A stretch of DNA of 63,908 bases, filler included, from Olpidium bornovanus S191 (lineage: Eukaryota; Fungi; Olpidiomycota), in NCBI GenBank assembly GCA_017911155.1. It is 25 parts of 25 records of this genome, joined end to end, with 100 filler letters (N's around TTAATTAATTAA, not from the genome) between each part and the next. Parts side by side here need not be neighbours in the genome. Positions count along the whole stretch, not along the records: positions 61,402 to 63,908 come from JAEFCI010008115.1; 24 more parts are not named here. One strand, given 5' to 3'. Below, in pieces: positions 61,441 to 63,908 of this stretch. Numbering within the stretch: the first letter of the stretch is position 1; each line of letters opens with the position of its first letter. The translations under genes were made by a program, and so were the position numbers. Below the pieces are notes generated by a model. It saw only the letters and a program-made list of their open reading frames with translations. It searched no databases and was not told the DNA's origin.

Positions 61441-62880
61441 CCAGGGGTGCGCTTATCTTCAGGGAATGGATTTTAACGTTCTGGTTGAATTGGATACAGA
61501 TCATAAGCTGCGTGAAAGCCATCGATGGTTGGAAAGGAAAGACAACGTGGATCAGTCAGGTTGTCAATTGGCGGAGCACGAGATTGCCACCCAGTCTCCT
61601 ACCAAAAGACGGAATGCCATACCTGCTCATCAACGTCAGACTCGAGATATGCCTTGTCGTTGGGGGGGAAAATTGACCGGACGTTGTGGTCGGCTTGCTC
61701 GTTTAGGCACGAGAGCTGGTTACAGGCAACCTGGTCTGTCACGTCCGTCTGGCCGGGCACCCCGCAGCTTCCAGCCGGTGCAGCATGCTGTTTAATGGTG
61801 CTTTCGAGATCGGAGGCGCTCGCGCCTTTCAGCTCGCCGACTTTCTTGTTGTTTTTGTAAAACTGGAACGTCGGCATCGCGGTCACTCCTGCCCCGGCAG
61901 CGAGTTGCTGTTGCCGCTCGACATCCGGGTGGGCGTGGGCCGTCAATCAAAATCCGGGGCCGTAGCGTCGGGAAACGCGGGATACGCGCGGAACCGTTAG
62001 GACAGCGAGTTCGGCGGCCGAAGGCGCACAGAAGGAAGCTAGCCCTCTGGGCTCCGTGACGAGCCGAAAGATCGCCGCCGTAAACCTTCTCCTGGCTAAC
62101 CTGACTTTCATCGACGTCAACCTGGGGTGCCCACAAGGCGCATCAACACAATGAGAAGGTTGAGCGGCCGAACGGACAAACCGACAAACCGCTAAGCGGC
62201 GTTCTGTGCCGACGATCTATTCAGGATCACCTTCAGGAACAGGACGTTAGGATACTTGGTCGACAGCGAATCGAACACTGGTGCGATTGTCTTGCACGGC
62301 CCACACCCTTTCCAAAGGGTGCAGAACGTGGCAGCGAAAGAAACAAAAAGGGTTGCGAGCGCAAACGACAGCATCAGTTCCTGCCTGCGCCGCACCTGCG
62401 TCGAAACGGGCGGGCGAGGCCATGCCGATTGGTCCCTACATTTCGCAGTAAAGTCAACCTGCGACGAAAGAGAACCGGAGGAGCAACGAGGCCGACGACG
62501 GAAACGCGGGCGAAAGTTACGGGGGTTGGAAACGTGTGACGCGGTTAACAAAACCGCGAGTCATCTTGGCTCGCGCCCACCCACTGAAAACAGCGGCTGC
62601 AAAAAAGGCGCGCCGGGCCGCCACTCGAGCCCCGTTCCAGATTCGGGACACGCGGAGCCGGCTTGGCGGGCTGGGGGACCGGGCAAGAGCGGCAGGGGGG
62701 TCCGGGGAAGACCGAACAGGAGCGGAGTGGGTGCGGGGAAGGGCAAGCACGAGGGCGGCCAGCGCGCGTTTCGCGCAGCACTTTCCGCTCCCCGTGACGA
62801 CGCACCACGACCAGCTTGTCCCCGGAAGTGGCCAGAATAGTCTGGTACTCGTGCGGGTCGGAAACGAGTTTCACAGCCAT
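61441..62880 (-). CDS. TXNL1: Thioredoxin-like protein 1 (thioredoxin plus PITH domain), 3'-truncated
   Basis: KLVVV|DFTAKW|CGPCKTIAP...FLKV|DVDESQ|...GVTAMPTFQFYKN; then PITH domain CLNEQADH...YLESDVDEQ|...FNQNVKIHSLKI. Confidence 0.93.
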
Positions 62881-63908
62881 GGCCACGAAGGTGCGAGCCT
62901 CGGCAGCAAGGGAAGTCGTCGAAGTTTGTTTGAGAGCGCTCCGGCGAGACGCGGCACCGGTGCGAAAGCGCCTCTCAGTTCTCTCGGACCAGAGGAGGGG
63001 AGAAAAAAGAAAAGAAAAAAAAATTAATTCATACCCGGACTAAGAAACACTCGCAATTTATCACCAAGTTGAAAAAAAAATATTCCGATATTCGCAAAAG
63101 CCGCCAGACCACGCCCTATCACACGTAAACACAGCCCACCACCAAAGAAGGGGATCACAGGACGTGTACAGTACATCTCGACCGAATGAGGAGGTACGCC
63201 ACCCCCACCCCGGCTGCACGTGCCTTCCAGGGGAAGGAAGAAGGGAATGCGCGCGGCAAAGAAGGCGGCCGCGGATTCCCGTTGCGCGACGGAAAACTGC
63301 CGGAAAAAGAAAAAAACCAAAAATTTCGTCTTCGTTTAATTGTGACGGCGTTAACCGGCACAGGAAAAGGCCGCCCCCAGCCAAACGCGCTTTTTGGAAG
63401 TTGACCGGATCTGGCTGCGTTACCCTAAGACCAAATCTGGAAGCAAAATCTGCCGAGCGCGCAGATGCCCCTTGCTTGGCGATTTTGATGAACAATTTCT
63501 GCAGAAGAATCGCTCGATTTTTGCCTGAGCGAATCCCAGCATCATCTCGCCGTCTTGTGTCTGACAAATGCGAGATTTCAGGCCCCCAACGTGTGTCAGA
63601 AAGGTAAATCGGGGTTGTGTGGGAACCCTTGTACGGCCCAGGACTACCGCATAATGCCTAGGATACCCAAGAAGAATCTGCGGTGTGGCAGAAATTACTG
63701 AAAACTACCGATCTTCTTTGGGTCCTCCATCTTACGTCCGAGGAAAGACTTTGCCTGCAGAACTGACGGGGCATTTGTTAAAACTGAGAAGGTAGGCACT
63801 ATGGGGGACTCTAAAGGAAGGTTGTAAGTAGTGTTGACTGAGAAAGGCAGAACGGCAGACGACAACGGATACGGTGGGTCGGAAAATTGAAGATGCACAA
63901 AATCATGC

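Overview
This window is not one locus. It is 25 short contigs from an intron-rich, GC-rich eukaryotic genome, joined by 24 artificial 100-bp spacers (N44-TTAATTAATTAA-N44), so gene order across spacers has no biological meaning. The gene content is fungal (TRP2, MKK1-like MAPKK, Msc2-like Zn transporter, kinesin-1, Nup133, Nup53, mL43/MRPL51, eL8, SmD3, beta-tubulin, TXNL1). It also includes cilium genes (IFT88, a CFAP144/FAM183-like 5' fragment), which points to a zoosporic, flagellated fungus. An Olpidium-like organism fits, but that is inference. There is one tRNA-Gly(GCC) and two truncated LTR-retrotransposon gag remnants. The standout is an intronless 746-aa ORF (16886-19126) with a predicted N-terminal signal peptide, no obvious transmembrane helix and four tandem RING-H2 modules. 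Each RING sits in a larger repeat unit (VDLDD..L helix / RING / LxxFExxGWxP), and the protein ends in short repeats with Atg8-interacting-motif-like sequences. It is a candidate secreted multi-RING E3-ligase effector. Other points of note: a compact Rap1/TERF2IP-like gene, a multi-Myb gene, micro-exons cutting through catalytic motifs, a decayed (xNPV)n coding repeat, and strong enrichment of CATG at contig ends (probably a library artefact).
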